Part shown: one piece after another, positions 1 to 9,915 of the stretch
How the letters are laid out: the number at the start of each line of letters is the position of its first letter
Numbering within the stretch: position 1 is the first letter of the stretch
Origin: a virus
Lineage: Duplodnaviria > Caudoviricetes
Reading direction: 5' to 3' (one strand)
DNA length: 64,000 nt
IMG/VR virus record: IMGVR_UViG_3300044506_000032
Coordinates: 1 to 64,000 of that record
Translations under genes and position numbers: made by a program
Notes under the pieces: model-generated
Seen by the model: the letters and a program-made list of their open reading frames with translations, nothing else
Databases searched by the model: none
Told to the model about the DNA's origin: nothing

Positions 1-75
1 GAGCTGATCATCCTCCGCCGCGAGCAGGCCCTCGCCGCACGCGAGGCCGAGCAGATCCCGCCGCTCGCCGCCTGA
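1..75 (+). CDS. 3' end of a hypothetical protein (partial)
   Basis: Open frame ELIILRREQALAAREAEQIPPLAA* from the window edge with high-GC3 codons. Confidence 0.6.
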   Translation, partial: ELIILRREQALAAREAEQIPPLAA

Positions 76-174
76 CCGTCGCACAAACGCGGGCCGCACC
101 TGGTGTGCGACCACCGGGCACGGCCCTGACCAACCCCACCACTCGAACAGCACTCGAGAAAGCGAGGCAGGCTG

Positions 175-495
175 ATGATCCAGCCTACCCACAACCCGCA
201 GCGAGGCCCCGCCCGGGCCCTGCTGGAGATCCTCACCGAGCACCCCGAACTGCCGGCCCTCACCTGGGGGATCACCGCCGACGGTGTCCTGCGGGGCCAC
301 GTGATGGACATCGACGCCACGGGCGCCGCCCACGCCTGGGCCAGCATGCTCGGCTACAACCTCGACGCCCCGTTCGGCTACCGGTGGAACGACGCGGACC
401 GCGCGCTCCAGAGCATCCACACGATGTGGCGCGACGTCCCGGTCGAGCTCACCTTCCACTCCGACCAGCCGGCGCTGACGGCGGTGGCCGCGTGA
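175..495 (+). CDS. phage hypothetical protein
   Basis: GAGG RBS; stop overlaps the next GTG (GTGA coupling). Confidence 0.7.
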   Translation: MIQPTHNPQRGPARALLEILTEHPELPALTWGITADGVLRGHVMDIDATGAAHAWASMLGYNLDAPFGYRWNDADRALQSIHTMWRDVPVELTFHSDQPALTAVAA

Positions 496-671
496 ACACG
501 AAGCTGAAGGCCCCGTCGGAGAAGGAACTGCAGCACGAGCGCGCCCTGTTCGCGGCGTTCTGCGACCGCTGCAACAGGAACCCGCTCGACTGGTCGGTGC
601 AGACCCGGCGCGCGTACCGCAAGCAGGTGCAGCAGTGCCGCAAGCACGACCGCATGGGCGGTGCGCTGTGA
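492..671 (+). CDS. hypothetical protein
   Basis: GTGA-coupled at both ends; VNTKLKAPSEKELQHER... Confidence 0.65.
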   Translation: MNTKLKAPSEKELQHERALFAAFCDRCNRNPLDWSVQTRRAYRKQVQQCRKHDRMGGAL

Positions 672-841
672 GCGCCGAGATGGTGCTGCGCCAGCCGCAG
701 TACCTGCCCGAGGTGCGGCACGCGGCGACGGTGCGCGGCCTGGACTGGCTTGAGAGCCGGCTGCCCGAGCTGACGCCGATCTGCCACTGCGGCTGCTGCA
801 GGAAGTGCACCGAGCACAACGAGATGAAGGCGGCTGCCTGA
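668..841 (+). CDS. small hypothetical protein with Cys/His cluster
   Basis: Coupled ORF; CHCGCCRKCTEH. Confidence 0.65.
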   Translation: MSAEMVLRQPQYLPEVRHAATVRGLDWLESRLPELTPICHCGCCRKCTEHNEMKAAA

Positions 842-1257
842 TGGACATCACCCCCACCACGATGGGCGCGACGGTCGACGTGACCGATGAGGCTGCGCCG
901 GCGGTGATCGAGGCGTTCGCGGACGCCTTCGAGGACAACGAGACCTTCGCTGCGCGGCTCCTCCTCAGCCTGGCGGAGGCCCGCTCGGTCCTGCGCCGTC
1001 TGAAGGCGGATGCGGCCGCTGGCCGTGACGTGTCGGACGTGCGGCTCGAGCAGGCCGCGTGCGCGGTTGACGGCATCCGGGATGCTCTCGTCGCTCTCCT
1101 CGCCCCAAGTGAGCGAGTCACCGTGCACCTGACGGCCGACGGCTGCCGCACCGACGCGGCCCGGCTCTCGGCCGCGGCAGTCGCCGCCGAGAACCGGTTC
1201 CGGACGCCCGGCCAGGTGCGGCTGCCGCGCCAGTGGGAGCGGGAGGACGCCGCGTGA
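841..1257 (+). CDS. hypothetical protein
   Basis: TGATG coupling; MDITPTTMG... Confidence 0.7.
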   Translation: MDITPTTMGATVDVTDEAAPAVIEAFADAFEDNETFAARLLLSLAEARSVLRRLKADAAAGRDVSDVRLEQAACAVDGIRDALVALLAPSERVTVHLTADGCRTDAARLSAAAVAAENRFRTPGQVRLPRQWEREDAA

Positions 1258-2129
1258 GCCCCCGCAAGGCCGCCGCGCCTGCACCGCAGGGCCCGGACCG
1301 GATCCCCCGCCCCTCGCAGGGCTGGTACCGCGACCCGATCACCGGCACCAAGCTCCGCCGCGTCACCACCATCCTCGACCAGGGCCTGCCCAACCCCGCG
1401 CTCATGTTCTGGTCGGCGAACTTCACCGCCCAGACCGCCATCGACAACCTGCCGCAGCTCATCGCCGGCTCCCGAACCCGGGCCGAACGCGAGGAGTCCT
1501 ACGACTGGCTCCGCAAGGCCCACATCCGGCAGAAGGACGAGCGCGCCGACATCGGCACCGCCGTCCACCGCCTGATCGAGGCCCACGTGCTCGGTGCGCC
1601 GCTACCCGAAGAGGTACTCGACGACGAGGACATGGCCCCCTACTTGGAGCACTTCCTCGCCTTCGTCCGGGAGTGGGAGGTCGAGTTCGAGGCGTCCGAG
1701 ATGGTCGTCGGGCACTACGAGCACGGCTACGCGGGCACCTTGGACTACCTGTACCGCAGCCCGCGGATCGCCTGGATGCTCGACATGCCGGCAGACACGC
1801 TGTTCGAGGGCGACACCAAGACCGGCGGCCAGCTCGACGTGAAGGGCGTCTACGACACCGTCGCCTTGCAGATGGCCGCCTACCGCGGGGCCCGCGTGTG
1901 CTGGCTTCGGGACGGCTCGCAGATCCCGATGCCGCAGGTCTATTCGACCGGTATCGCTCTGCACCTGCGGCCGGAGGGCTACCGGCCGATCCCCGTCGAG
2001 TGCGGCGACGAGGTGTTCGCGAAGTTCCTGCACGTTCAGCAGGTCGCTGACTGGACCTCCGGGCTGTCGAAGACGGTCATCGGCGCCCCGCTTCAGATCC
2101 CCACCCTCACGCAGCAGAAGGCAGCCTGA
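1254..2129 (+). CDS. PD-(D/E)XK (Cas4/lambda-exo/YqaJ-like) exonuclease
   Basis: RRVTTIL, GTAVHRLIE, EASE, YAGTLD, DTKT, LQMAAY motifs. Confidence 0.85.
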   Translation: MSPRKAAAPAPQGPDRIPRPSQGWYRDPITGTKLRRVTTILDQGLPNPALMFWSANFTAQTAIDNLPQLIAGSRTRAEREESYDWLRKAHIRQKDERADIGTAVHRLIEAHVLGAPLPEEVLDDEDMAPYLEHFLAFVREWEVEFEASEMVVGHYEHGYAGTLDYLYRSPRIAWMLDMPADTLFEGDTKTGGQLDVKGVYDTVALQMAAYRGARVCWLRDGSQIPMPQVYSTGIALHLRPEGYRPIPVECGDEVFAKFLHVQQVADWTSGLSKTVIGAPLQIPTLTQQKAA

Positions 2130-3250
2130 TGCCCATCCTTGACCTGCAGCGCCGCATGCGTCAGCTCGGCGAGATCCGCATCGGACACGCCGTCGACACC
2201 GGCCGGGTGAACAAGTACGGCAAGAAGATCGTCCGCCCGGTGAAGCTCGACAAGTTCCGGTTCACCTCCGCGTCGAAGCCCATCCTGGAACAGGTCGCCG
2301 CCCTGTACGGCGGCACGGTCCAGCCGTGGACGCCAGCCAACGGCGGCCCCTCGGAGTACGAGGTGTACTCCACCGCCGACCGGCTGCCGGTCGTCATCCC
2401 CCCGCAGAACGCCGTCTCCCAGTGGTACGAGCTCTTCAAGGGCTCGAAGTGCATCCGCCGGTGCGACGGCGTCACCGAGCACAAGTCGGACCGGCCGTGC
2501 GTCTGCGACCCGGTGAACCGTGAGTGCTCGATCACCACCCGGGTCAACGTGATGCTGCGCGACGTGCCTGCCCTGGGCCAGTGGCTGCTGGTGTCGAAGG
2601 GCTACTACGCGGCGGTGGAGCTGCCGCCCGCCGCGGAGTTGCTGGCGCAGGCCGGCGGCTACGTGCAGGGCTGGCTCGGCATGGAGGAGAAGGTCGTCCA
2701 GCGCGACGACGGTCCGGCCCGATTCATGGTTCCGACGCTGGACGTGGAGATCAGCCCGGCCGCACTGATGGCCGGGCAGATCAAGGGGCAGGCGGTAGCG
2801 CTGGACACTCCCACGGTGCGGCCGGCGATCGAGTCCGCGCCAGCTGCCGTCCCGGCTGGTCCCCCGAAGGACTTCCTGGCCTTGGCGCAGGCGGCCCCCA
2901 CTGAGGCCGCGTTCACGGCTGTATGCGTGGAGGCGGAGACGGCTGGGGCGCCGGCCGACTATCTGCGCCAGCTGGCAGCGATCGGCGATGCAAAGCGGGC
3001 TGCGGCCAACAACAACCACGGGCCCGCTTCGACGGGAACCGAGGTCGAGGTGATCGAGCCGGAGATCGTCAACGACCAGGATCCGACGGAGGTATGGCAG
3101 CAGATCGTCGCTGCCGCTGGCACCCGTGGCTGGACGCTCGACGAGACCGATGAGCGGTTCGCGGAGTTCTCCGGCGGCACGATGCCGGGCTCCGCCAGCA
3201 TCGAGGAGTACCGGCGCTTTCTCAACCACTTGCGCGGGGGCACGTCGTGA
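2129..3250 (+). CDS. recombination directionality factor-like (Gp3-like) protein
   Basis: N-terminus MPILDLQRRMRQLGEIRIG, KLDKFRFTS, CIRRCDG/CVCD, LGQWLLVSKGYYAAVEL resemble the actinophage RDF-like family; coupled to the exonuclease. Confidence 0.75.
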   Translation: MPILDLQRRMRQLGEIRIGHAVDTGRVNKYGKKIVRPVKLDKFRFTSASKPILEQVAALYGGTVQPWTPANGGPSEYEVYSTADRLPVVIPPQNAVSQWYELFKGSKCIRRCDGVTEHKSDRPCVCDPVNRECSITTRVNVMLRDVPALGQWLLVSKGYYAAVELPPAAELLAQAGGYVQGWLGMEEKVVQRDDGPARFMVPTLDVEISPAALMAGQIKGQAVALDTPTVRPAIESAPAAVPAGPPKDFLALAQAAPTEAAFTAVCVEAETAGAPADYLRQLAAIGDAKRAAANNNHGPASTGTEVEVIEPEIVNDQDPTEVWQQIVAAAGTRGWTLDETDERFAEFSGGTMPGSASIEEYRRFLNHLRGGTS

Positions 3251-4107
3251 CCAGTCCCTGGCACACCCAGCGGCTCGCCGCCCTCGACTTCGAGGCCAGC
3301 GACAAGGAATCGGAAACCGCCCGGATCGTGTCCTGCGCGCTGCTCCTCGTCGGCGGCGGCATGCCCACCGAGAAGCACACCTGGCTCGTCAACCCGGGCG
3401 TTCCGCAGGAGCCCGGCGCGATCGCCGTCCATGGCCTCACCGACGAGTACCTCGCCGAGCACGGCATGCCGGCTGACCGGGCGGTCGCCGAGATTGGCAA
3501 GGCCGTCGCCGAGACGGTCGGGGTCGGGATCCCGCTCGTCGGCCACAACCTCGGCGGCTACGACCTGAACCTCCTCGACCGGGAGATGCGCCGTTACCAC
3601 GGCGCCGGCTTGGAAGAGCTGACCGGCCCGCTGGCCAGGGTCATCGACACCATGACCCTGGACCGGCACGCCGCCCCGTACCGGCGGCGCGTGTCCGAGA
3701 AGCAGGGCGCATACCAGCTGCGGACCACCGTGGAGACGTACGGGCTGCGGTGGGAGGAGGAGCAGGCGCACGGCGCCGAGTACGACGCCCACAAGTCGGC
3801 TCAGGCGGCGTGGAAGATCGGGTCCGTCGCGCACACCCCGGCTGCCGCCCGACCGGACTGGGTGCAGGCGCTGCGGAACCGGCGTGGGCCGTACGAGCGG
3901 TTCGATGACCTCGCGGTCGATGTCGAGGAGCTGCACCGCCGGCAGGTGGTGTGGGCCGCGGAGGACGCAGCTTCCTTCCAGGACTGGCTGCGCTCGGAGA
4001 AGGCCGGCGAGAAGCGGGACCCGAACGCGGTGGTCGACGGGTCGTGGCCGCTGCGTCCTTTCCGGGCGGCGGTGGCGGGCAGCGGACCCGCCCTCCCGCA
4101 GACGTAG
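3247..4107 (+). CDS. DnaQ-like DEDDh 3'-5' exonuclease
   Basis: ExoI DFE, ExoII GHNLGGYDL, ExoIII HGAEYDA; AIAVHGLT. Confidence 0.9.
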   Translation: MTSPWHTQRLAALDFEASDKESETARIVSCALLLVGGGMPTEKHTWLVNPGVPQEPGAIAVHGLTDEYLAEHGMPADRAVAEIGKAVAETVGVGIPLVGHNLGGYDLNLLDREMRRYHGAGLEELTGPLARVIDTMTLDRHAAPYRRRVSEKQGAYQLRTTVETYGLRWEEEQAHGAEYDAHKSAQAAWKIGSVAHTPAAARPDWVQALRNRRGPYERFDDLAVDVEELHRRQVVWAAEDAASFQDWLRSEKAGEKRDPNAVVDGSWPLRPFRAAVAGSGPALPQT

Positions 4108-4115
4108 TCCGGCCG

Positions 4116-4328
4116 GTGCTCTCGGCCGAGGAGATCCACGTGCTGTCTCTCCTCGGCCGGGGCCTGGACCATCCGCAGATCCTCAAGCAGCACAGCATCC
4201 CCGTCGACACCTCCCGCCGCCACCTGCGGGACGCCATGCGGACCCTCGGCGCCCCGAACGCTCTCAACGCCTACGCGCTCGCCGTCGCCCACGAACTCAT
4301 CCCACCCGACTCCGCTCTCCAGGAGTAG
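4116..4328 (+). CDS. LuxR-type C-terminal HTH protein
   Basis: LSAEEIHVLSLLGRG...TSRRHLRDAMRTLGA...AYALA; start uncertain. Confidence 0.55.
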   Translation: MLSAEEIHVLSLLGRGLDHPQILKQHSIPVDTSRRHLRDAMRTLGAPNALNAYALAVAHELIPPDSALQE

Positions 4329-4332
4329 CGCC

Positions 4333-4890
4333 ATGCTCAACCGAAAGAAGATCCGTACCCTCCAGGCCCGTCTTGAACGAGTTGCCAACCAGCGCGACGA
4401 GGCCGTCAAGGAGCGCGACGCCGCGGTGTGGCTGAACGGCCGACTCGCCCAGCAGGTCGACGCACCGGACGCGCCCGACTGGGAGGCAGCGGCCAAGCAG
4501 ATCGCAGCCGACCGGGCGCAGGCGCACCGCGCCGACCGGTGGCACATCGGCCGCCTTGAGGCCGACCTCGACGGCCTGGTCGAGCTGTGCGCGATCGGCA
4601 CCCGCCGACTGCAGCGCCTCGCCCGCGCGGTGTGGCGCCTGCGCAAGACCGTCGCCGACCAGAACGCCGTGATAGCCGAGCTGACCCGCCGGGTCGACCA
4701 CTGGGAGGGCGGCGACCGGGCACTCCGGGACGCGATCCCGGTCAGCCAGAACGCGGCCGCCCAGATCGCCGACCTGAAGCACACGGTGGCGCTCCGCGAC
4801 CAGCAGCTCCACGAGCTCACGAACCAGCTCGAGATCCTCCAGAAGGCCAACGCGTCCACCGACTGGCAGCAGCTGAGAGTGGCGTCATGA
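4333..4890 (+). CDS. coiled-coil hypothetical protein
   Basis: AGGAG RBS; heptad-like composition. Confidence 0.7.
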   Translation: MLNRKKIRTLQARLERVANQRDEAVKERDAAVWLNGRLAQQVDAPDAPDWEAAAKQIAADRAQAHRADRWHIGRLEADLDGLVELCAIGTRRLQRLARAVWRLRKTVADQNAVIAELTRRVDHWEGGDRALRDAIPVSQNAAAQIADLKHTVALRDQQLHELTNQLEILQKANASTDWQQLRVAS

Positions 4891-5105
4891 GAGGCCTGCC
4901 CGGCGTCGTCGCGGACCTCGCCGCGGCGCTGGGCACCGCCCTCCTCCTCGCCCACCGCAGCCGGCCGACCGGCATGCCCACCGGGCTCGCCCCGCAGGAA
5001 ATCCACTGGTGCCCCCGCTGCAACCGCGTCCGGGCGCACCTCTGCCACTCCCCCGACTTCCACCGCTGCCTCACCTGCAACCGCTACCCCGGAGACGACC
5101 GATGA
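4887..5105 (+). CDS. small zinc-ribbon protein
   Basis: ATGA coupling; CPRC...CLTC. Confidence 0.65.
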   Translation: MRGLPGVVADLAAALGTALLLAHRSRPTGMPTGLAPQEIHWCPRCNRVRAHLCHSPDFHRCLTCNRYPGDDR

Positions 5106-5506
5106 GCCTCACCACCTGGTGGCGCGGAACCGGCAGACGCCGCGCCGCCGACCGCATCCCCGTGCTCACCGCCGAACGCAACCGGCTCCTCGTCCTCGCC
5201 TGGTGGCAGGCCCAGCAGCTCGACAAGCGGGACCGGCAGCTGTCCTACGCCAACGAGCGCACCCGTGAACTCGCGGAGAAGGTCGACAAGTTCGCCATCG
5301 AAAACGAGAAGCTCCGCACCGACTACGACGAGCTGTTCGCCCGCTACCTCGAGATCACCGCCGTCCGCGTCCCCGCCCCGGCCGACCAGCAGCCCGCCAT
5401 CACCGAGCCCGACCTCGAGACCACCCGCGAGATGACCATCCCCGCCGTGTGGGGCATGGACGGCCTGCGCACCCCCGTCCCGCTCTGGGACCGGAACGCC
5501 GCGTGA
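5102..5506 (+). CDS. hypothetical protein
   Basis: ATGA coupling; central coiled coil. Confidence 0.65.
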   Translation: MSLTTWWRGTGRRRAADRIPVLTAERNRLLVLAWWQAQQLDKRDRQLSYANERTRELAEKVDKFAIENEKLRTDYDELFARYLEITAVRVPAPADQQPAITEPDLETTREMTIPAVWGMDGLRTPVPLWDRNAA

Positions 5507-5610
5507 CCCGCCTCCTGCTCCACCACCTCGCCCTCGACGCCGCACTCCTCATCGGCACCGTCGGCGCCACCCTCACCGCCCTCTCCCTCGCATGGAGACG
5601 ACAGCCATGA
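5503..5610 (+). CDS. small membrane peptide
   Basis: 35-aa hydrophobic ORF coupled on both sides. Confidence 0.5.
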   Translation: MTRLLLHHLALDAALLIGTVGATLTALSLAWRRQP

Positions 5611-6206
5611 CCACACTCGCACTCACCGAACCCCTCCAACCGCAGCCTGCCACCGTCCGGCCCATCGTCATCGGACTCGACACCAGCCTCACCGCCACCG
5701 GCATCGCCTCCTCTACCGGCTGGTGCGAGGTCGTCGGCTACACCGACAAGAAGAACCCGATCACCAAGCTCAGCCACACTGCCCGTTTCAAGGCTATGCG
5801 CGCCGTCCGTCGAGACATACTTCTGAGCATCGGCTGCCCCGACCTCGTCGTCCTGGAGACCCCGGCCCTCTCCCGCACCGGCGGTGGCAGCCACGAACGC
5901 GGCTGGCTCTGGTGGAGCCTCTACGGCTACCTCATCGACGCCGACATCCCCGTCGGCCTTGTCTCTACCAACCAGCGCATGCTCTACGCCACCGGCAAGG
6001 GGGCCGCCACGAAGGCCGCCGTAGTCGACGCCGTCGCCCGCCGCTGGCCCGCCTGGACCACCGAAGGCGACGACAACCTCGCCGACGCCGTCGTCCTCAT
6101 GGCCGCCGGCCGCGACCACCTCGGCCACCCCATCACCGACATGCCCAAGACCCACCGCGCCGCCCTCGACAAGGCCATCTGGCCGGACCTGCAGGTGACC
6201 CAGTGA
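5607..6206 (+). CDS. RuvC-like Holliday junction resolvase
   Basis: [28 protein letters not shown] acidic motifs. Confidence 0.85.
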   Translation: MTTLALTEPLQPQPATVRPIVIGLDTSLTATGIASSTGWCEVVGYTDKKNPITKLSHTARFKAMRAVRRDILLSIGCPDLVVLETPALSRTGGGSHERGWLWWSLYGYLIDADIPVGLVSTNQRMLYATGKGAATKAAVVDAVARRWPAWTTEGDDNLADAVVLMAAGRDHLGHPITDMPKTHRAALDKAIWPDLQVTQ

Positions 6207-6511
6207 AGGACGTCTTCCTCTTCAACTCCGCCGTCCCGAAGTGGCACAAGCGCGCCTACTGCCGCTACTACGACCCGGAACTCTGGTTCGCCGACGGCAT
6301 GGGCAACACCCCCAGCTACCGCAACCTCCACCAGGCCAAGAGCGTCTGCGCCGACTGCCCCGTCCGCCGCGAATGCCTCGAAGACGCCCTGCACCAGGAA
6401 TCCGGGCGGGCTGCCGAAGCCCGACACGGCATTCGCGCCGGCCTAACCCCCGCCGAGCGCTACAACCTCCACCGCCAAAACCGAAAGAAGCCCGAGAGGA
6501 CAGCCGCCTGA
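6203..6511 (+). CDS. whiB: WhiB-family transcription factor
   Basis: C..DPELWF...[15 protein letters not shown] four-Cys pattern; [11 protein letters not shown] in place of the G[IV]WGG turn. Confidence 0.9.
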   Translation: MKDVFLFNSAVPKWHKRAYCRYYDPELWFADGMGNTPSYRNLHQAKSVCADCPVRRECLEDALHQESGRAAEARHGIRAGLTPAERYNLHRQNRKKPERTAA

Positions 6512-7050
6512 TGGCCAACGAGACCGTGATCACCCTCGTCGGGAACCTGGTCGACGATCCGGAACTCAGGTTCACCCCGTCCGGCGCCGCCGTCGCCAAG
6601 TTCCGCCTCGCCTCCACCCCGCGCACCTTCGACCGCCAGAGCAACGAGTGGAAGGACGGCGAGGCCCTGTTCCTCACGTGCAACGTCTGGCGGCAGCCGG
6701 CGGAGAACGTGGCCGAGTCGCTGCAGCGCGGCATGCGCGTGATCGTGCAGGGCCGACTGCGCCAGCGGTCTTACGAGACCAAGGAAGGCGAGAAGCGCAC
6801 CGTCTTCGAGGTCGAGGTCGACGAGGTGGGCCCGTCGCTCCGCAACGCCACGGCGAAGGTCACCAAGGCGCAGCGCAACGACCAGGGTGGCGGGCAGCAG
6901 CGGCAGGCCCCGCAGCAGCAGGACCCGTGGTCGCAGCAGGGGCCGCCGAACAGCGGCTGGGGCCAGCAGGGCGCACCGGCCGGCAACGGCTGGGGGGCGC
7001 CGCCGAGCAGTGGCCGCGGCGGTGGCAACTCCGAAGAGCCCCCTTTCTAG
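6511..7050 (+). CDS. ssb: single-stranded DNA-binding protein
   Basis: Actinobacterial SSB OB fold ([16 protein letters not shown]), Gly/Gln linker, EEPPF tail. Confidence 0.97.
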   Translation: MANETVITLVGNLVDDPELRFTPSGAAVAKFRLASTPRTFDRQSNEWKDGEALFLTCNVWRQPAENVAESLQRGMRVIVQGRLRQRSYETKEGEKRTVFEVEVDEVGPSLRNATAKVTKAQRNDQGGGQQRQAPQQQDPWSQQGPPNSGWGQQGAPAGNGWGAPPSSGRGGGNSEEPPF

Positions 7051-7158
7051 ATCAACTCCAACACCTTCCGCGCCGCCGCTGCCTGACCCAGACCGCCCGG
7101 CCGGCCCATCCCACCGGCCGGGCCCCGCACCCGTCCCACCCATCCAGCAAGGAGCACC

Positions 7159-8652
7159 GTGAGCAACGTCCACCCGCTGCCCGCCCCGGAACCCGAGGAG
7201 GACGGCCTCAGCGACCGCCGGCCGCCCGCCGACCTGGCAGCCGAACAGGCCGTGCTCTCCGCGTGCATCTACCACCCCGCCTGGATCCCCATGGTCGCCG
7301 AGGTCGTCGACCGCGCCGACTTCTACCGGCCCGCACACCAACTCATCTGGGACGTCCTCCAGCAGCAGCACCGCAACGACCATCCCGTCACCCCCATCGC
7401 CCTGCACGCCGAAATCGAGCGCCTCGGCATGCTGCGCCAGGTCGACGGCGGCGCCTACCTGTTCACCATCTCCCAGATCGGCTCCGGTGACGCCGAGTAC
7501 TTCGCCGAGATCGTCCGCGACCGGGCACGGGTGCGCCGCGCCGACGAACTCACCACCCGGCTGCGGGCCGCGATCCAGACCGGTGCCGACGGCGACCGCA
7601 TCGACCAGCTCATTACCGACCACCAGACGCACGAGAAGAAGCGCGGCGGAGACAGCACCGGTGCCCGGTTCATCAACGGCGCCCAGTTCATCCTCGACAT
7701 CCCCGACGACACCCCCGCGGTGTGGGGTGAGGGCGACAAGGTGCTGTGGGCCGAAGGCGAGGCGCTGCTCATCGCCGGGCCCGCGGGGGTCGGAAAGACC
7801 ACGGTCGCCCAGCAGGTGCTGCTCGCCGCGATAGGGGTCCGGCCGCACGCTCTCGGGCTGGCCGTCCGCCCGGCGAAGCGCGTCCTGTACCTCGCGTCGG
7901 ACCGGCCGCCGCAGGCCGCCCGCTCGCTGCGCCGCATGGTCAGCCCGGAGCACCGCGAACTGCTCTCCCAGCACCTCGTCATCTGGAAAGGCCCGCCACC
8001 GAGGGACTTCATCAAGGACCCGGACATGCTGCTGCGCCTGTGCCAGCAGGCCGACGCGGACATGGTGTGCCTCGACTCGCTCAAGGACATGGCCGGCGAA
8101 CTCGCCAGCGAGGAAGGCGGGCAGGCGATCAACTCGGCAGTGCAGCGCACCCTCGTCGAAGGGATCGAGGTCGTCGGGCTGCACCACCACCGCAAGCGCT
8201 CCGGCACGGACGGCGGCAAGGAGCCGTCCACGCTCGACGAGCTGTACGGATCCACCTGGATCACCGCGGGCGCCGGGTCGGTGATCTCCCTGTGGGGTGC
8301 GGCCGGCGACCCGATCGTCAACATGCGGCACCTGAAGCAGCCCGCGGCGGAGTGCGGGCCGTGGCGACTCAAGCACGACCACGCGGCCGGCAGCACCGAA
8401 ATCTGGCACGAGGTCGACGTGCTGAACATCCTCACCCACGCCCGCGGCGTGCTGACCCCGTCTCAGTTGGCCGGGCAGATCTACTCGGTCGACGGGGGCC
8501 GCAAGCCGAGCCCGAGCGAGATCGAGAAGGCGCGCCGACGGCTGGACGCTCTGGTCGCCTCAGGGCAGGCCCGGAAGATCACTGCGGCAGGTGGTCGGGG
8601 CCACGAGGCGGGGTACGTGGCGGCGTTCGCAGCCGCTCCGGAGGCCGCGTGA
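7159..8652 (+). CDS. replicative helicase: DnaB N-terminal domain plus RepA/AAA_25 ATPase
   Basis: PPADLAAEQAVLS...DFYRPAHQLIW; Walker A GPAGVGKT; Walker B CLDS; LHHHRK; YGSTWI. Confidence 0.9.
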   Translation: MSNVHPLPAPEPEEDGLSDRRPPADLAAEQAVLSACIYHPAWIPMVAEVVDRADFYRPAHQLIWDVLQQQHRNDHPVTPIALHAEIERLGMLRQVDGGAYLFTISQIGSGDAEYFAEIVRDRARVRRADELTTRLRAAIQTGADGDRIDQLITDHQTHEKKRGGDSTGARFINGAQFILDIPDDTPAVWGEGDKVLWAEGEALLIAGPAGVGKTTVAQQVLLAAIGVRPHALGLAVRPAKRVLYLASDRPPQAARSLRRMVSPEHRELLSQHLVIWKGPPPRDFIKDPDMLLRLCQQADADMVCLDSLKDMAGELASEEGGQAINSAVQRTLVEGIEVVGLHHHRKRSGTDGGKEPSTLDELYGSTWITAGAGSVISLWGAAGDPIVNMRHLKQPAAECGPWRLKHDHAAGSTEIWHEVDVLNILTHARGVLTPSQLAGQIYSVDGGRKPSPSEIEKARRRLDALVASGQARKITAAGGRGHEAGYVAAFAAAPEAA

Positions 8653-8654
8653 GA

Positions 8655-8886
8655 AAACCCACGCGGAAACCCACGAAACTCACGGTCGAAACCCACGCAG
8701 AAACTCACGCGGGGGTCACGGAACCCACGGTCGCGACAAAACCGCAGGTCAGAAACCCACGCCGTATCTCACGGTACTCGCGGAGCAGAAACCCACGGCG
8801 TATCTCACGCAGAAACCCACGGCTTCCACGCTCGCGACAAAACCGCAGGTCAAAAACCCACGCGAAACTCACGCAGAAACTCACGC
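8655..8886. repeat. tandem AAACYCACG repeat tract (candidate replication origin)
   Basis: About 12 copies of AAAC(C/T)CACG, a duplicated TCGCGACAAAACCGCAGGTCA, then a CCCCCTCTCT/AGAGAGGGAGGGGG inverted repeat. Confidence 0.8.
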
Positions 8887-8935
8887 GACCCCCTCTCTAA
8901 AGAGAGGGAGGGGGTCGCGTACCGGAAGGGGACCC

Positions 8936-9088
8936 ATGGCCAAGCACACCGACACCTGCCCCCACTGTCTCCGCCGCGGCAACACCCCACTCGCCGAACG
9001 GACCCAGGCCGGCGGCAGCACCCGAGCCGTCTACCGCTGCCGAAGCTGCCGCAAGACCTGGACCACCGACTGGAACGACCGGACATGA
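8936..9088 (+). CDS. small zinc-ribbon protein
   Basis: CPHC...CRSC; GAAGGGG RBS. Confidence 0.7.
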   Translation: MAKHTDTCPHCLRRGNTPLAERTQAGGSTRAVYRCRSCRKTWTTDWNDRT

Positions 9089-9276
9089 ACACCATCCACG
9101 GAGCCCACGGCATCCGAGTCCCCGACCGCTGCCACGACTGCGGAGCCACCGACACCGACCTCCACCACGCCACCTGGTGGAACCCCGCCAACCACACCGG
9201 CGGCCAAGGCTTCCTCTGCCCCTGCTGCGCCCAACACCCCGACCACCCGACCTGCCCCCGCTGCCCGGCCGGCTGA
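9085..9276 (+). CDS. small Cys/His-rich protein
   Basis: CHDC, CPCC, CPRC; ATGA coupling. Confidence 0.65.
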   Translation: MNTIHGAHGIRVPDRCHDCGATDTDLHHATWWNPANHTGGQGFLCPCCAQHPDHPTCPRCPAG

Positions 9277-9462
9277 TCGAAGGTCGTGGCCGCCGGCCGA
9301 TCCGTCGAGGGTCGTGACGTTGGCCGCCCCACGAATCCCGCCGTTCCGGCCCCGGAGCCCGCTGGCGCCCCTGAGGCCGCGTGAGACCCGCGAACGCCCC
9401 GGACTACTACCAAGCCCCCACGGGCCGTCTACGGCCCCACAGAACCCCGATTTGAGGCACAA

Positions 9463-9915
9463 ATGAGCGACACCCAAACCCCAGGACCGAGAAACAGACC
9501 GCAGAGGGCCGAATCACGGACGTTCGCTGTCGCCGATCGCGCGCGGGCAGCACTGCCGTCGCCGGAGCAGATGCGGCACCTGATCGAGCGGGCCGAGCGG
9601 AACGTCCTGACGCCGGCCGAGGCGCACCTGTTCCGGGCTGGCTGCACGCATCTGCAGTCGCAGTTGGAGCAGGCCGGCGGCCGGATAGTCCAGTTGCGGG
9701 TCGAGTTGGTGCGGGCGTTGGCGGAGCGGGATGAGGCGCGGGCGCAGGTGGCGTCGTCGTCTCCGTTGGTGGTGGAGTGCCCGTTCTGCGGGGAGCCGGC
9801 GGGTTCGAGGTGTCGGGCGATGCGTGGGGTACAGGCGCCTGCGACGCCGCATGTGGCGCGGATTGAGGCGGCGAAGCGGTTTCTGTTCGCGCAGGCGCTC
9901 GGGGAGGCGTCGTGA
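9463..9915 (+). CDS. coiled-coil protein with C-terminal phage zinc finger
   Basis: CPFCGEPAGSRC...HVAR. Confidence 0.7.
   Translation: MSDTQTPGPRNRPQRAESRTFAVADRARAALPSPEQMRHLIERAERNVLTPAEAHLFRAGCTHLQSQLEQAGGRIVQLRVELVRALAERDEARAQVASSSPLVVECPFCGEPAGSRCRAMRGVQAPATPHVARIEAAKRFLFAQALGEAS

Noticed and set aside
8649-8900. KPT-rich ORF over the repeat tract as a real protein
   Set aside because: The sequence is explained by the DNA 9-mer repeats; low GC3 and no clear RBS; kept as a repeat feature
9365-9378. GGCGCCCCTGAGGC matching 28545-28558 in inverted orientation as inversion ends
   Set aside because: A short GC-rich match with no invertase, and it does not bound the strand switch
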